DNA from: Candidatus Marinacidobacterales bacterium
Lineage (GTDB): Bacteria; Acidobacteriota; Vicinamibacteria; Marinacidobacterales; SMYC01
Reading direction: 5' to 3'
Length of the DNA: 64,000 nucleotides
Assembly (NCBI GenBank): GCA_965224085.1
Contig: CBDCYI010000004.1
Location: 1,152,001 to 1,216,000 of the forward strand
Shown: one piece after another, positions 37,701-48,548 of the stretch
Numbering within the stretch: the stretch's first letter is position 1
Layout of the letters: each line of letters opens with the position of its first letter
Notes under the pieces: generated by a model
The model's database searches: none
What the model saw: the letters and a program-made list of their open reading frames with translations, nothing else
Told to the model about the DNA's origin: nothing
Made by a program: the position numbers and the translations under genes

Positions 37701-38522
37701 TCATTCGATCTTCAACACACGGGCGGCGTTGCGGTACACGAGCTTGTCGACCACCTCCGGCGCGAACGGATACTCGAGGAAGCGCTTCAAATCGTCGAGG
37801 GGACGAAAGGGGAAACCGCTCGCGTAAATGATTCTGTCCTGCAGGATCGTATTGGCAGCCTCGAAGATGGGCTCGGCTCCCGGCAGGAACTCATAGATCG
37901 AAGCTTCCAGATAGACGTTGTGGCGCCGGTAGGCGAGAGCAATGAGCTCGGTGACTTGCGGCCAGATCCCGTGCGAGCAGACGAGCGTCAGGTCGGGAAA
38001 ATCCTCGGCCACGCTGTCGACGCTCCCGGGCTCGGCCCATTTGCCCACGATGGGACCCATCGTGATGATGACCGGAACATCCAGCTCCACGCACTTCGCG
38101 TAGAACGGGTGCCAGATGGGATCGTCCGGCGGGCGTCGGGAGGAATGGGGATCGATAGAGATGCCCTTCATGCCGAGCTCGTCGACCGTACGCTCGATCT
38201 CGCGCAACGCCCTCTCTCCCTGGGTCGGATCGATTCCTGCGAATCCGAGCAGGCGTTCGGGATGCGCCTGCACACACTCGAAGACGTAGTCATTAGGAAG
38301 GGTCTTGACCGGCGTCTGACGGCCGGTAAAGACCGCGCGCGTGACCCCGGCTTCATCCAGCGCGTCGATGAAGCGGGACAGAGGCGCCGACTCCGGTCGG
38401 GGACATTGAAAGAACCGCTCCCATGGACGGGTATCGGGATACAGGCCCATGTACTCCTCGGTGTTGGGGCGAGCGCGAAAATCGATGACTGTCATGGATC
38501 TACTCCCTGAAACGGGGCTCAC
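37701..38522 (-). CDS. amidohydrolase_2 family protein
   Basis: IDFRARP, GFAGIDP, PFYAKCVELDVPV, CSHGIWP, IYASGFP. Confidence 0.9.
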   Translation of the reverse strand: MSPVSGSRSMTVIDFRARPNTEEYMGLYPDTRPWERFFQCPRPESAPLSRFIDALDEAGVTRAVFTGRQTPVKTLPNDYVFECVQAHPERLLGFAGIDPTQGERALREIERTVDELGMKGISIDPHSSRRPPDDPIWHPFYAKCVELDVPVIITMGPIVGKWAEPGSVDSVAEDFPDLTLVCSHGIWPQVTELIALAYRRHNVYLEASIYEFLPGAEPIFEAANTILQDRIIYASGFPFRPLDDLKRFLEYPFAPEVVDKLVYRNAARVLKIE

Positions 38523-39397
38523 ACTCGGAGTCCCAGGCCGTTAGAAAGATCGTCGAGCGCCGCCAGCGATTCCTCCAGCGATAAATGCCGATAGTCGACG
38601 TCGGCAATGAGCGCATTCACGCCCAGCTTCGCGTAGCTCTCGACCAGCGCCTGGCTCGGAACGATGGCGCGCCCGGGACGCACCACGAGCTCGACGTCGG
38701 TCATGGAGCGCCCGGTCTGTTCGAGCTCCCGTTCGAGACGCTCGAGCCGTTCCGCCAGGAGCTCCGGAGGCAGGTTCGAGGGTTGCCATCCGTCGCCCAC
38801 TTCCGCGACCCGTCGCAGCGCCGCGTTGCTGTGGCCACCGATCAGAACGGGCAGCCCGGCGCCGTCAACCGGCTTGGGCGACATGTCGAACGGGACGGGC
38901 GAGTGGAACTCGTCTGCCAGCTCGATGGGACCGGGCGCCCAGCAGGCACGCAGCGCTCGAATGGCCTCGGTCATGCGGCGGCCTCGCTCAGAGAAATCCT
39001 GGCCGCAGAGCTCGAACTCCTCCGCGAGCCAGCCAGCCCCGACCCCCAGCAGGAGTCGACCACCAGAAAGGCGGTCCAGGGAAGAGGCCATCTTCGCCAC
39101 GAGGAGTGTGGGGCGCAACGGAAGCACCAGGATGGAAGTGCCCAGGTGCACGCGTTCGGTGACCGCCGCTGCCCAGAGCAGCGTGGCGAACGGGTCGAGC
39201 CAAGGGAGATCGGAGGGCCAGCTCATGCGACCGTCCTTGCTGCCCGGATAACGGCTCTCGGACTCGAGAGGAATGGCGACGTGGTCGCTCGCCCACAAGG
39301 ACGTGAAGCCGAGTCGTTCCGCTTGCCCGGCCACCGATTCGATCGCTCGCGCGCCGGCCAGCGGCCCGGTGCCGGGAAGCATGACGCCAAACTTCAT
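38519..39397 (-). CDS. LLM-class (putative F420-dependent, Rv2161c-like) oxidoreductase
   Basis: AERLGFTSLWASDH, LGTSILVLP, LSGGRLLLGVGAGW, IGGHS..ALRR..GDGW. Confidence 0.92.
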   Translation of the reverse strand: MKFGVMLPGTGPLAGARAIESVAGQAERLGFTSLWASDHVAIPLESESRYPGSKDGRMSWPSDLPWLDPFATLLWAAAVTERVHLGTSILVLPLRPTLLVAKMASSLDRLSGGRLLLGVGAGWLAEEFELCGQDFSERGRRMTEAIRALRACWAPGPIELADEFHSPVPFDMSPKPVDGAGLPVLIGGHSNAALRRVAEVGDGWQPSNLPPELLAERLERLERELEQTGRSMTDVELVVRPGRAIVPSQALVESYAKLGVNALIADVDYRHLSLEESLAALDDLSNGLGLRV

Positions 39398-39462
39398 CGA
39401 ATCCCTGTTACCATACATGCCGCTCGTCTGTCGATGGGCGATGCCTCTGAGCGGAGCGTTCG

Positions 39463-40326
39463 ATGATCATAGACTTCCGAGTTCGGCCTCCTTTCAAAGC
39501 TTTCTGCGATCTTCATATTTTCCGTCCTCGCGAGCCCGAGCCGGATCCCGTCACGGTGAGCGGCCTTCGACTCGACCTGCCGTCCTATCGCTCGTTCGAA
39601 GAGAAATCCATCGCTTTTTTCCTCGAAGAGATGGACGAGGCGGGCATCGATATGGCGGTGGCCATGGGCCGGCAGTCTCCGCCCCCCTACGGATCGGTCC
39701 CCAACGAGGATCTGTCCGAGCTAGTGACCACCTACCCGGACAGGTTCGTCGCTTTCGGGGGCATCGACGGCTCTCAGGGCGAAGAGGCTTTGCGGGAAAT
39801 CGATCGCTGCCGCGAAATGGGTTTCAAAGGAGTGGCGCTCGACAACGGTTGGTGCGATCCACCTCTCTATGACGACGACGCAAAGCTGTTCTCCATCTAT
39901 CAAAAGTGCATGGAGGATGGTCTCATCGTGTCTCTGACCAGCAGCATCTTCGTTGGGCCCGATCTGACGTATTGCATGCCGGTTCACATCCAGAGAGTCG
40001 CCCGGCGCTTCAAAGAGCTCACGATCGTCGTGCCCCATGCGGCCTGGCCCTGGACGACCGAGATGTGCGGCGTCGCGTTCCAGAACCCGAATGTCTATCT
40101 CATTCCAGATTTCTACGGCCACATTCCCAACACGCCGGGTGCTACGGAATACGTTCGCTCGGCCAACTACTTCCTGAGCTACCGGATGCTCTTTGCCAGC
40201 AGCTATCCGGTACGTCCTCTCAAGCAGAGCGTCGAGCAGTTCAAGGACCTCGGATTCGAGTTCGAAGAGATTCGCTCCCGCTGTCTGGGTGAGAACGCAG
40301 CGCGGCTACTCGGTCTCGACGACTGA
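39463..40326 (+). CDS. amidohydrolase_2 family protein
   Basis: MIIDFRVRPP, YPDRFVAFGGID, VPHAAWPW, PNVYLIPD, FASSYP. Confidence 0.9.
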   Translation: MIIDFRVRPPFKAFCDLHIFRPREPEPDPVTVSGLRLDLPSYRSFEEKSIAFFLEEMDEAGIDMAVAMGRQSPPPYGSVPNEDLSELVTTYPDRFVAFGGIDGSQGEEALREIDRCREMGFKGVALDNGWCDPPLYDDDAKLFSIYQKCMEDGLIVSLTSSIFVGPDLTYCMPVHIQRVARRFKELTIVVPHAAWPWTTEMCGVAFQNPNVYLIPDFYGHIPNTPGATEYVRSANYFLSYRMLFASSYPVRPLKQSVEQFKDLGFEFEEIRSRCLGENAARLLGLDD

Positions 40327-40341
40327 CGTGCGGAGAGCCGA

Positions 40342-41409
40342 GTGAGCTTCGGACGTGCCCTGTTCCTCCTGACGGCATTCGCGGCGGGAGGTTGTGGGGA
40401 ATCGAACGAGGCCCCGGGCCGTCCGGATGGCTCTCCGCTCTGGGAGGAGCTGGCTCGCGGCGATCCGTCGTGGCGTCGGCTGGTCGAGGAGGCCCTCGTG
40501 GAAGGGGAGGTCGTGGTGCGGAGCGTGTTTCCGGAGGTGATCGAGATGGATCTCTTCCGGAGGTTCGAAGAGGCGAGCGGGATCCGCGTGAGCTACAGCC
40601 GCAAAGGAGGATCGGCACCGACGCTACAGACCTACCTTACCGAGGTGGCCGCGGGGCAGCACCTTGCCGATGTGCTCCAGCTCGAAGTGAGTATCGCCGC
40701 CAGCATTCTCAGCGAAGAGCGGCTGGCGGAGTTCGAGATCCCGAACGAGATCCACTATCTGGAACGCTACCAGGAGCGGGCTCCCGGAGCCCATCCGGTG
40801 GCTTCTCTGGGAGTCCCGATCGTCTACAACCGCAACTTGATCGGGGAGGAGGAACTCCCTGGTTCCTACGAAGAGCTCGCGCATCCCAGGTATAAGAGCA
40901 AGCTGGCGATGGGAAGTCCAGAGAACTCATCCAACGTCGTGGGCCTTTTGTTTCTCTGGGAGCAGCAGTTCGGCGTGCCCTGGCTCGAGTCGCTCGCGGC
41001 CAACGATCTACTGGCTACGGATCGAGAAGTGGAAGCTGCCAACTTCATCGCCCGGGGCGAGCGCCTTCTCGGACCCATGAGCCAGACCTCTCCGTCGGCG
41101 CAAATCGAGGCCGGTGCTCCACTGGGCTACCACTGGGTCCAGGGCACGAAGCTCGATTCCTACGTTGCGGTGGTCCCGGAGGCCGCGCCTCACCCGAACG
41201 CGGCGCGCCTGTTCGTGAACTTCGTTCTGTCCCCGTCTCACCAGCAGCGGCTCGCCGACAAATTGAGGGCCTTTCCCGTCGTCTCGGGCGTTTCGGCCCC
41301 GGAGGGATTCCCGGATCTGGAGGCGCTGGACCCGGTCTCTTTCGACGTCCAGACCTTCAACGAAAACCGTGAAAGAGTCATCGCGCTCTGGCGGTCCATC
41401 CTCCGTTGA
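40342..41409 (+). CDS. ABC transporter substrate-binding lipoprotein (Fe3+/polyamine-like class)
   Basis: AGGC lipobox, YNRNL, APHPNAARLFVNF. Confidence 0.88.
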   Translation: MSFGRALFLLTAFAAGGCGESNEAPGRPDGSPLWEELARGDPSWRRLVEEALVEGEVVVRSVFPEVIEMDLFRRFEEASGIRVSYSRKGGSAPTLQTYLTEVAAGQHLADVLQLEVSIAASILSEERLAEFEIPNEIHYLERYQERAPGAHPVASLGVPIVYNRNLIGEEELPGSYEELAHPRYKSKLAMGSPENSSNVVGLLFLWEQQFGVPWLESLAANDLLATDREVEAANFIARGERLLGPMSQTSPSAQIEAGAPLGYHWVQGTKLDSYVAVVPEAAPHPNAARLFVNFVLSPSHQQRLADKLRAFPVVSGVSAPEGFPDLEALDPVSFDVQTFNENRERVIALWRSILR

Positions 41410-41440
41410 GGTCGCAAAGGCTGCAACGTAGCATCCACCT

Positions 41441-42553
41441 ATGGCCCAGGTCAGGGTAGAGCACCTGACGAAGACCTTCGGTGGAGGCGTCCGCGCGGTG
41501 GACGGCGTGTCCTTCACCGCCGACGAAGGCCGGATCGTGACGCTACTGGGACCGAGCGGCTGCGGCAAGACAACGATCCTGCGCTGCATCGCCGGGCTGG
41601 AAGAACCCACGGCGGGACGCATCGTGATCGGGGACGAAGTCGTTCACGACAGCGCGTCGGGCCGAGCGGTCCCGGTCGAAGAGCGAGCCATCGGTATGGT
41701 GTTCCAGTCCTACGCCATCTGGCCTCATCTCGACGTCTTCGACAACGTGGCGTTTGCGTTGAAGATCGGCGGGAAGAAAGCGGAACGACCCGAGGCGTTG
41801 CGGGAGAAGGTCGTGGAGGTTCTTCGCTCCGTGGGGATGGAAGGCTATGAGAAACGATATCCGTCGGAGTTGAGCGGCGGACAGCAGCAACGGGTGGTGC
41901 TGGCGCGGGCGCTGGTCTACCGGCCGCGCGTACTGCTCCTGGACGAGCCGTTGGCCAATCTCGATGCCAAGCTGCGCGAGGCGATGCGGCTCGAGCTTCG
42001 CGACGTTCAAAAGCGCTACGGTCTGACCACCATCTATGTCACCCATGACCAGGCGGAGGCCATGGCGCTCTCCGACCAGGTGATCGTTCTTCGAAGCGGG
42101 ACGATTCTGAGCCAGGGGACGCCGCGGGAGATTTTCACCAGGCCGGCGCATCCCTTCGTGGCCGATTTCCTCGGCGTCTCGAACCGTGTTGCCGGCCGGA
42201 TCACAAAGGCGCGAAAGAACCGTTCGGTCGAGGTCGTACTCGAGGGCGTCGACCGGCCCATCCTGGTGAGCGGTGACGCCGCGGCCGAGGAGCGAGTCGT
42301 GGTGGCGATTCGCCCGAGCCGGGTCGAGCTCCACCGCCAGCTCGCGGAATCTCAGGAAAACACACTGCCGGGTCGGATCGTTCGCGTTACGTTTCTCGGA
42401 GAGGAGCTCGATTGTCTCGTCCAGGTTGGAGACGTGACGCTCCGCGCCAGAGATTCCGCCGAGAAAGAGTGGCGGTCGGGCGAGGACGTCCAGGTGCGGC
42501 TCGCCCGCGAGCACCTGATGCTTCTTCCGCCCGACCCCGCCGAGGAGCCGTAG
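41441..42553 (+). CDS. ABC transporter ATP-binding protein with TOBE-like domain
   Basis: GPSGCGKT, LSGGQQQR, LLLDEP, VTHDQ. Confidence 0.95.
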   Translation: MAQVRVEHLTKTFGGGVRAVDGVSFTADEGRIVTLLGPSGCGKTTILRCIAGLEEPTAGRIVIGDEVVHDSASGRAVPVEERAIGMVFQSYAIWPHLDVFDNVAFALKIGGKKAERPEALREKVVEVLRSVGMEGYEKRYPSELSGGQQQRVVLARALVYRPRVLLLDEPLANLDAKLREAMRLELRDVQKRYGLTTIYVTHDQAEAMALSDQVIVLRSGTILSQGTPREIFTRPAHPFVADFLGVSNRVAGRITKARKNRSVEVVLEGVDRPILVSGDAAAEERVVVAIRPSRVELHRQLAESQENTLPGRIVRVTFLGEELDCLVQVGDVTLRARDSAEKEWRSGEDVQVRLAREHLMLLPPDPAEEP

Positions 42554-42556
42554 GTA

Positions 42557-44314
42557 ATGAACGAGCCCGACACCAACAGATCGAGACGTGGATGGCGACA
42601 ACATCCTTTGGCGCCCGCAGTCGTGGTCGGGCTTCTGGTGGTGGGCGTCGTGAACGTGTATCCGATGCTCTGGTTGGCTCTGGGCAGCGTGAGAGGAGAC
42701 GAAGGAGACATCACGCTCGAGCATTACCTTTCACTTTTCCAGCGCCTCGGCCCCATCGAGGCCCTCAAGAACTCCATCGTTTTCACCGGCTGCTCGCTTG
42801 TACTGGGGCTCGGAATGGCCGCCGTCTCGGCACTCAGCACGACCCGCCTGCAGACGCCTCTGGCAGGCTGGGTGCGCTCGATGAGCATCATCGCTTTCGT
42901 GAACCCACCCTGGATCCTGGCCATGGCTTACGCCTGGCTGCTGTCACCGCAAGCCGGAACGTTCAACCGCTGGTCGGATGCGCTTTTTGGCGTGAAGCTT
43001 TTCGATGCTTTTTCGATGCCCAGCATGGTGTTCGTTGCCGCGCTCTTCCTCTACCCCTACCTCTACCTCACGCTGAGCGCCGCCCTCGAGAACGTCGACA
43101 GCGCCTATGAGGAAGCGGCTCTCACGGCGGGAGCGTCTCCGTGGCGCATGTTCCGATCGGTGACACTTCCGTTGGTCACACCGGCGATGGTTACCAGCAT
43201 CGTCTTTTCCATCGTGCTGCTCTGGGAAAGCTTTTCCATTCCGGCCATCCTGGGGACACCAGGCAGAATCTACGTCTTTGCCACGTACTTGTATCGCCTC
43301 CTCAGCACACCTCCACCCGAACTCGGTCTTTCGGCGGCCGTCGCTGTCTTTTTCGCCGTCACCGCCGGTCTGGCCGTCTGGCTGGTCCTGGGTCTGGCGC
43401 GCCGTCGTCATGGCGGGCGTTTCCAGGTCATTGGCCGCAAGGCTCACCGCACCGTCCGGATCGAAGTCGGTTGGGTGAAGTATCCGCTGGCGATCTTCAA
43501 CGTGAGTGTTATCGGTCTCGCGCTGCTGGTTCCATACGCGACGCTTCTGATGCTCTCGCTGTCGCAGAATCTCTACGAGCGCTTCTCCTTTTCGAACCTT
43601 ACGCTGCGGCACTACACAGAGCACCTGCGAAGTCCCGTGTTCCACGAGATCTTCTGGAATACCTTGCAAGTGGCTTTCTTCATGTCCATCTCGGCGAGCC
43701 TGATCGCTTTGCTTGTGGCCTACCTGGACCTCCGCGGCCGTAGCCGATTCGAGAAGCTGCTCTCCCTGAGCGCGACGTTTCCGATTGCCGTGCCCGGTGT
43801 CGCTTTTGTGGTCGGTGTCGCATGGGCGTGGCTGCGCCCGCCGCTGGTGCTTTACGGGACGATCTGGATCATCGTCGTCTGCCAGATCTCGAGATTCCTG
43901 CCGCTCGGAGTTCAGCACCTTCGCGACGGTTTGAGCCAGGTTCAGGCGGAGCTCGAAGAAGCGGCCCGAATCTGTGGTGCGGGGACGCTCACCATGCTGT
44001 GGCGCATCACCCTGCCCGTGATACGTCCGGTGGCGGTAGCCACGTTTCTCCTTCTCTGGATGGCGAGCATGCGGGACCTGCTCACCCCTCTGTTCCTCGG
44101 AACCGGGACACCAGAAACGGCGACGCTCTCACAGCGCATCTACTTCCTGTGGGGCGAGGGCCTCACCGCCCAAAGCGCTTCGCTCGCGGTGATCCTGGTG
44201 AGCCTCATGGCGGCCTTGTACGCACTGATGCGCGTCGTCCTTGGCGTCTGGGCGCCGAGTGTCAGTCGAACGAAAACGCCGGCCCCCACCGGTAGGCCTG
44301 CAATCGGCGTTTGA
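42557..44314 (+). CDS. ABC transporter permease (duplicated, FbpB-like)
   Basis: Two EAA motifs (EEAALTAGA, EEAARICGA), ~12 TM. Confidence 0.93.
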   Translation: MNEPDTNRSRRGWRQHPLAPAVVVGLLVVGVVNVYPMLWLALGSVRGDEGDITLEHYLSLFQRLGPIEALKNSIVFTGCSLVLGLGMAAVSALSTTRLQTPLAGWVRSMSIIAFVNPPWILAMAYAWLLSPQAGTFNRWSDALFGVKLFDAFSMPSMVFVAALFLYPYLYLTLSAALENVDSAYEEAALTAGASPWRMFRSVTLPLVTPAMVTSIVFSIVLLWESFSIPAILGTPGRIYVFATYLYRLLSTPPPELGLSAAVAVFFAVTAGLAVWLVLGLARRRHGGRFQVIGRKAHRTVRIEVGWVKYPLAIFNVSVIGLALLVPYATLLMLSLSQNLYERFSFSNLTLRHYTEHLRSPVFHEIFWNTLQVAFFMSISASLIALLVAYLDLRGRSRFEKLLSLSATFPIAVPGVAFVVGVAWAWLRPPLVLYGTIWIIVVCQISRFLPLGVQHLRDGLSQVQAELEEAARICGAGTLTMLWRITLPVIRPVAVATFLLLWMASMRDLLTPLFLGTGTPETATLSQRIYFLWGEGLTAQSASLAVILVSLMAALYALMRVVLGVWAPSVSRTKTPAPTGRPAIGV

Positions 44315-44558
44315 GGCTTCGTGAAAGGCCAACGGCCGTCCAGTTCATCACCGAAATCGCCGCGGAGCCCGACTGGGCGACGAGTGCGACCGCGCCGGGT
44401 TTCGCCCTGGAGCCCGCGCTCAAGAGCGGAAGACCGGAGCGACTGTTCGCACGAGACTTTGTCGTCGAGCCCCACGCGGTTAGGGTGCCTGTGGTATACA
44501 CGTTCTCGTCCGAGCGTGGCCCTCCCCAAACGGCGACCTCGACCGAAAGGAACCCACG

Positions 44559-47183
44559 GTGTCGAAGCGGCGACGGCACTGGCTTCTGCCAGCGGCGCTC
44601 CTCTGGGCGTCGGTGCCCTTATCGGCCGAAGATGAGTCTCCACCATCCGCTACTCCTTCGTCCCCTCGAGAAGTGCGCTTCGTGGACGGGAGCTCGATTG
44701 CGGTTCAACACTACGAGGTCCAGGAAAAGTTGGTCTTGCTGGTGACTCCCGAAGGGAAACTCCACTCGGTGCCCCGGTATTTTGTCGACGTCGAGGCCAC
44801 GGTACGAGAGAATCACGCCGTTGCCGAGGCGTCGCCTTCCCCTCTGTCCTCCCCGTCCAAGACCCGTCCCCCACCAGAGCCAGTCCGTGCCCATCAGGCA
44901 CGGCCGGCGACCGAGGTGCCTCAGATCCTCTCGCTAACCCAGCCGGCTCTCGATACATCCGCTCGATCGAGTGCGGGGCATCTCGTCATCGACGGCCCGC
45001 CGCCACCGGAGTCGCCGGCGGTCGTTTCACGCGACGCCGAAGGACGTTTCACCATGAGGGCGATCCGGCTCGATTCGCCGCTGACCGTTGACGGGAAGCT
45101 CGAGGAAGCGGTCTACGGCAGGGTTCCCGGCGTGAGTGGTTTCATCCAGGCCGAGCCCCGACCCGGCGAGCCTGCCACGGAAAAGACCGAAGTCTGGGTG
45201 CTCTTCGACGACCGTAACGTTTACGTCTCTGCTCGCTGTTGGGACAGTCATCCCGAGCGCATGGTGATGAACGAGATGCGGCGTGACAACACGGGCATCT
45301 TCGGCAACGAGACCCTGACGGTCATTCTCGACACGTTCTATGACCGCCGAAACGCCTTCTTCTTCTACACCAATCCCCTCGGAGCACTCTCCGACAGCGT
45401 CATCACCGACGAGCGCAACATCAACCGCGACTGGAACACCGTCTGGAGCTCCAAAGCGAGCCGTTTTGCCAACGGCTGGACGCTGGAAATGGCTTTCCCG
45501 TTCAAATCGTTACGCTACCGGACCGGCGGCTCTCAGCTCTGGGGAATCAACTTTCGGCGGGTCGTTCGCTGGAAAAACGAGCTTTCCTACCTGGCTCCCG
45601 TTCCGCCAGCCCTCGGCGCAATGGGTATCAGCAAAGTCTCCTCCGCCGGGACGCTGGTGGGTCTGGAGACACCGCCCCGTTCCAGCAACCTCGAGGTAAA
45701 GCCGTACGCCATCTCTGAGCTGGTCACCGATCGAAACGCCGACCCCCCCTTCTCCGACGAACTCGAGCCGGACGCCGGCTTCGACGTGAAGTATGGCGTC
45801 ACCCAGGGACTCATCGCGGATTTCACCTTCAACACCGATTTTGCCCAGGTGGAAGCTGACGAGCAGCAGGTGAACCTCACCCGCTTCAGTCTTTTCTTTC
45901 CGGAGAAGCGCGAGTTCTTTCTGGAAGGCCAGGGGATCTTCGATTTCGGAGACGCTCGAAGCGCTCGGGCCCAGCGCGCCGCGCGGCGGTTCGGGACTCC
46001 CACCTCCACGCCGATCGTTTTCTTCAGCCGACGGATCGGCCTGCATGAGGGCGAGGAGGTTCCCATCCTTGCGGGAGGAAGGCTCACCGGCCGAGCCGGC
46101 AAATACAGCATCGGGCTGCTCAACATACAGACGGAAGACGCCCCGCCGTCAGGAGCGCTGGCCACGAACTTCTCTGTGGTGCGCCTCAAGCGGGATATTC
46201 TGCGACGAAGCAACATCGGGGTCATCGCAACCAACCGCTCGGTCGCACTCAATGAGGACGGCTCCAACCAGGTTTTCGGTCTCGATGCCAACCTGGCGTT
46301 CCACGAGAACGTCCGCGTCAACGGTTATTTCGCCCGGAGCCAGACCACAGGCCTTTCGGGCGAGGCGGACACTTATCGCGGTTTCTTCGAATATGACGGA
46401 GACCGATACGGGGCGGAGCTCGAGCGACTGGTCGTCGAAGAGAACTTCAACCCGGAGATCGGGTTCCTGCGGCGGACAGACTTCCAGCGGAACTTCGCGC
46501 AGGCCCGATTCAGCCCGCGGCCAGCTTCCATAGAAGCGGTGCGCAAGTTCACCTGGCAAGCCAGCCTGGATTACACGACCGACAACCGGGGACAGCTGGA
46601 AACACGCATTGGCAAGACCACCTTCCGAACGGAGTTCGAGTCGTCGGATCAATTGAGCTTCGACTACACCCGAAACTTCGAGTTCCTGCCAGAGCCTTTC
46701 GAGATCTCCGAGGGCATCACGATACCGATGGCCGGCTACAACTTTCAGGACGTGCGGATAGGCTTCGAGCTCGGGCGCCAACGAAGGATTTCAGGGAACC
46801 TCTCTTTTCTGACCGGCAGCTTCTTCAGCGGCGATCGCAAGGAGTTGGGCTACCGGGGTCGCCTGGGAGTCACAGCGCAGCTCTCGGTCGAGCCCATGCT
46901 CTCCTTCAACTGGGTCGACCTGGAGGAGGGAAGCTTCACCACCCAGCTGGTGGGCGGCCGCGTGAACTACAGCATCAGTCCCCGCAGCCTTTTTAGCGCA
47001 CTGATTCAGTACAACTCCACGAACGACTTTCTATCGAGCAACGTACGGTTTCGCTGGGAGTATCAGCCGGGGAGCGATCTCTTCGTGGTCTACAGCGATG
47101 AGCGGAACACGCTGATGCCCGGATTCCCCGGACTCGAAAATCGCAGCTTCGTGGTAAAGCTTACCCGGCTGTTTCGATTCTGA
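44559..47183 (+). CDS. CBM9-like + DUF5916 outer membrane protein
   Basis: VDGKLEE, LDTFYDRRN, EMAFPFKSLRY, NTDFAQVEAD, FPEKREFFLEG, FFSRRIG, terminal Phe. Confidence 0.9.
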   Translation: MSKRRRHWLLPAALLWASVPLSAEDESPPSATPSSPREVRFVDGSSIAVQHYEVQEKLVLLVTPEGKLHSVPRYFVDVEATVRENHAVAEASPSPLSSPSKTRPPPEPVRAHQARPATEVPQILSLTQPALDTSARSSAGHLVIDGPPPPESPAVVSRDAEGRFTMRAIRLDSPLTVDGKLEEAVYGRVPGVSGFIQAEPRPGEPATEKTEVWVLFDDRNVYVSARCWDSHPERMVMNEMRRDNTGIFGNETLTVILDTFYDRRNAFFFYTNPLGALSDSVITDERNINRDWNTVWSSKASRFANGWTLEMAFPFKSLRYRTGGSQLWGINFRRVVRWKNELSYLAPVPPALGAMGISKVSSAGTLVGLETPPRSSNLEVKPYAISELVTDRNADPPFSDELEPDAGFDVKYGVTQGLIADFTFNTDFAQVEADEQQVNLTRFSLFFPEKREFFLEGQGIFDFGDARSARAQRAARRFGTPTSTPIVFFSRRIGLHEGEEVPILAGGRLTGRAGKYSIGLLNIQTEDAPPSGALATNFSVVRLKRDILRRSNIGVIATNRSVALNEDGSNQVFGLDANLAFHENVRVNGYFARSQTTGLSGEADTYRGFFEYDGDRYGAELERLVVEENFNPEIGFLRRTDFQRNFAQARFSPRPASIEAVRKFTWQASLDYTTDNRGQLETRIGKTTFRTEFESSDQLSFDYTRNFEFLPEPFEISEGITIPMAGYNFQDVRIGFELGRQRRISGNLSFLTGSFFSGDRKELGYRGRLGVTAQLSVEPMLSFNWVDLEEGSFTTQLVGGRVNYSISPRSLFSALIQYNSTNDFLSSNVRFRWEYQPGSDLFVVYSDERNTLMPGFPGLENRSFVVKLTRLFRF

Positions 47184-47423
47184 TCCGGCTGCTTCATCAT
47201 CATTCTCACCGAGATGCCGATACGTTCTCGTCTACCAGCCTCGTGGTGTATCAGTTGATGGCCAGCACGATCTCGAGATCCGGGTCAAGAGCACCGACGT
47301 GGACGAACTCCGCGCCCGGCCCGGCTACTTCGCGCGCCCGAGCCAGAACTGAAATGAGCGGTCAACGTCAGCTCGTTTTGTGGCAAAGCGAGTGTGGGTG
47401 TGATTGCCATGCAGCACTCGTCA

Positions 47424-48548
47424 CTAACGCTCTTTCCGCTCCTCCGCGCGCACCGACTCGGCGATGGGGCGGATGAACGGTTCCAGAAAACGGTAGTCGC
47501 TCGTACCGTCTCCCGGCCCGGTTCCGGCACGGGCCGCCACGATTCCCAGACTGGGAATGACGACGAGAAGCGTCTCGGTGTCGCGGGTCACCTGACCGCC
47601 CCAGGCCCAGAATGCATCTCTTGGAACATTAGGGAGCGTCCCGTCCGAGTTGTTCCACCACAAGAGCCCATAGTGGTTCGAGGCCTCGAGGTTGTCGTCG
47701 GGGTTCAGCACAGGAAGCCCAAGCAGCTCCGGAGGCGTGATGCGTACCGCGTCGACGAAACCCTTCGGCAGGATCTGCGTCCCCTCCCACCGTCCGTCGA
47801 GAGCGAAGAGGTAACCGATGCGCGCCAGCGCGTCGACATTCGCCCGGATGCCGGAGCCGAGTTCGCGCCGCTTAATCCCTTCGATCTTGTCCGGCCGATA
47901 GTAGCTGTCACGCCAGGTCAGATCCGACTCGGTGATTCCCAGGGGCGAGAACACCCGGTCGAAGAGAAGGGTTTTGATGTCCTGCAGGTACTCGAGCGTA
48001 ATGCACTCCGCCAGCCAGTTCGGGCCGCCGTCGGAGTAGGACCACTTCGTCCCGGGTGCGAAAAGCAAGGGTTGAAAACCGTGCGCGAGGTCGAACCCCG
48101 CCGTATGTGTCGCCAGCTGTTGAAGCGTGATCTCGCCGAGCCAGCCGGTCGCTCGGTTGCTGGTGGGCGGGACTCCGAAACCGGGATGGTACTGCGACGC
48201 TCTGTCGCTGAGCGTCATCCGGCCGTCCAGGATCGCCAGCCCCAGCGCGCTGATTCCGATCGATTTGGTAACGGACTTCACCTGGTAAAGCTCGGTGGGA
48301 CTCCCCCAGGCCATCACCAGCTTTCCGTCGCGGGTGATGAACCCCGAACCACCGCGATGCGGGTCCTCGCGTTTCAACAGAACGTAGTCCCGCGCCTCTT
48401 CCAGCTTGCCACGGTCCATGCCCGCTTCCTCCGGTGTCGCTCTCTGCCACTCGAACCGCTCCTGCGCGCGAGCGTTCAGCACCGGCATGAGTCCAAGAAG
48501 TACGATAGCGGCCCGGCGAGAAAAAGCGATCCGGAGCTGGTGCGACAT
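47424..48548 (-). CDS. serine hydrolase, beta-lactamase family
   Basis: SVTK, THTAG, PGTKWSYS, YGLLWW. Confidence 0.9.
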   Translation of the reverse strand: MSHQLRIAFSRRAAIVLLGLMPVLNARAQERFEWQRATPEEAGMDRGKLEEARDYVLLKREDPHRGGSGFITRDGKLVMAWGSPTELYQVKSVTKSIGISALGLAILDGRMTLSDRASQYHPGFGVPPTSNRATGWLGEITLQQLATHTAGFDLAHGFQPLLFAPGTKWSYSDGGPNWLAECITLEYLQDIKTLLFDRVFSPLGITESDLTWRDSYYRPDKIEGIKRRELGSGIRANVDALARIGYLFALDGRWEGTQILPKGFVDAVRITPPELLGLPVLNPDDNLEASNHYGLLWWNNSDGTLPNVPRDAFWAWGGQVTRDTETLLVVIPSLGIVAARAGTGPGDGTSDYRFLEPFIRPIAESVRAEERKER

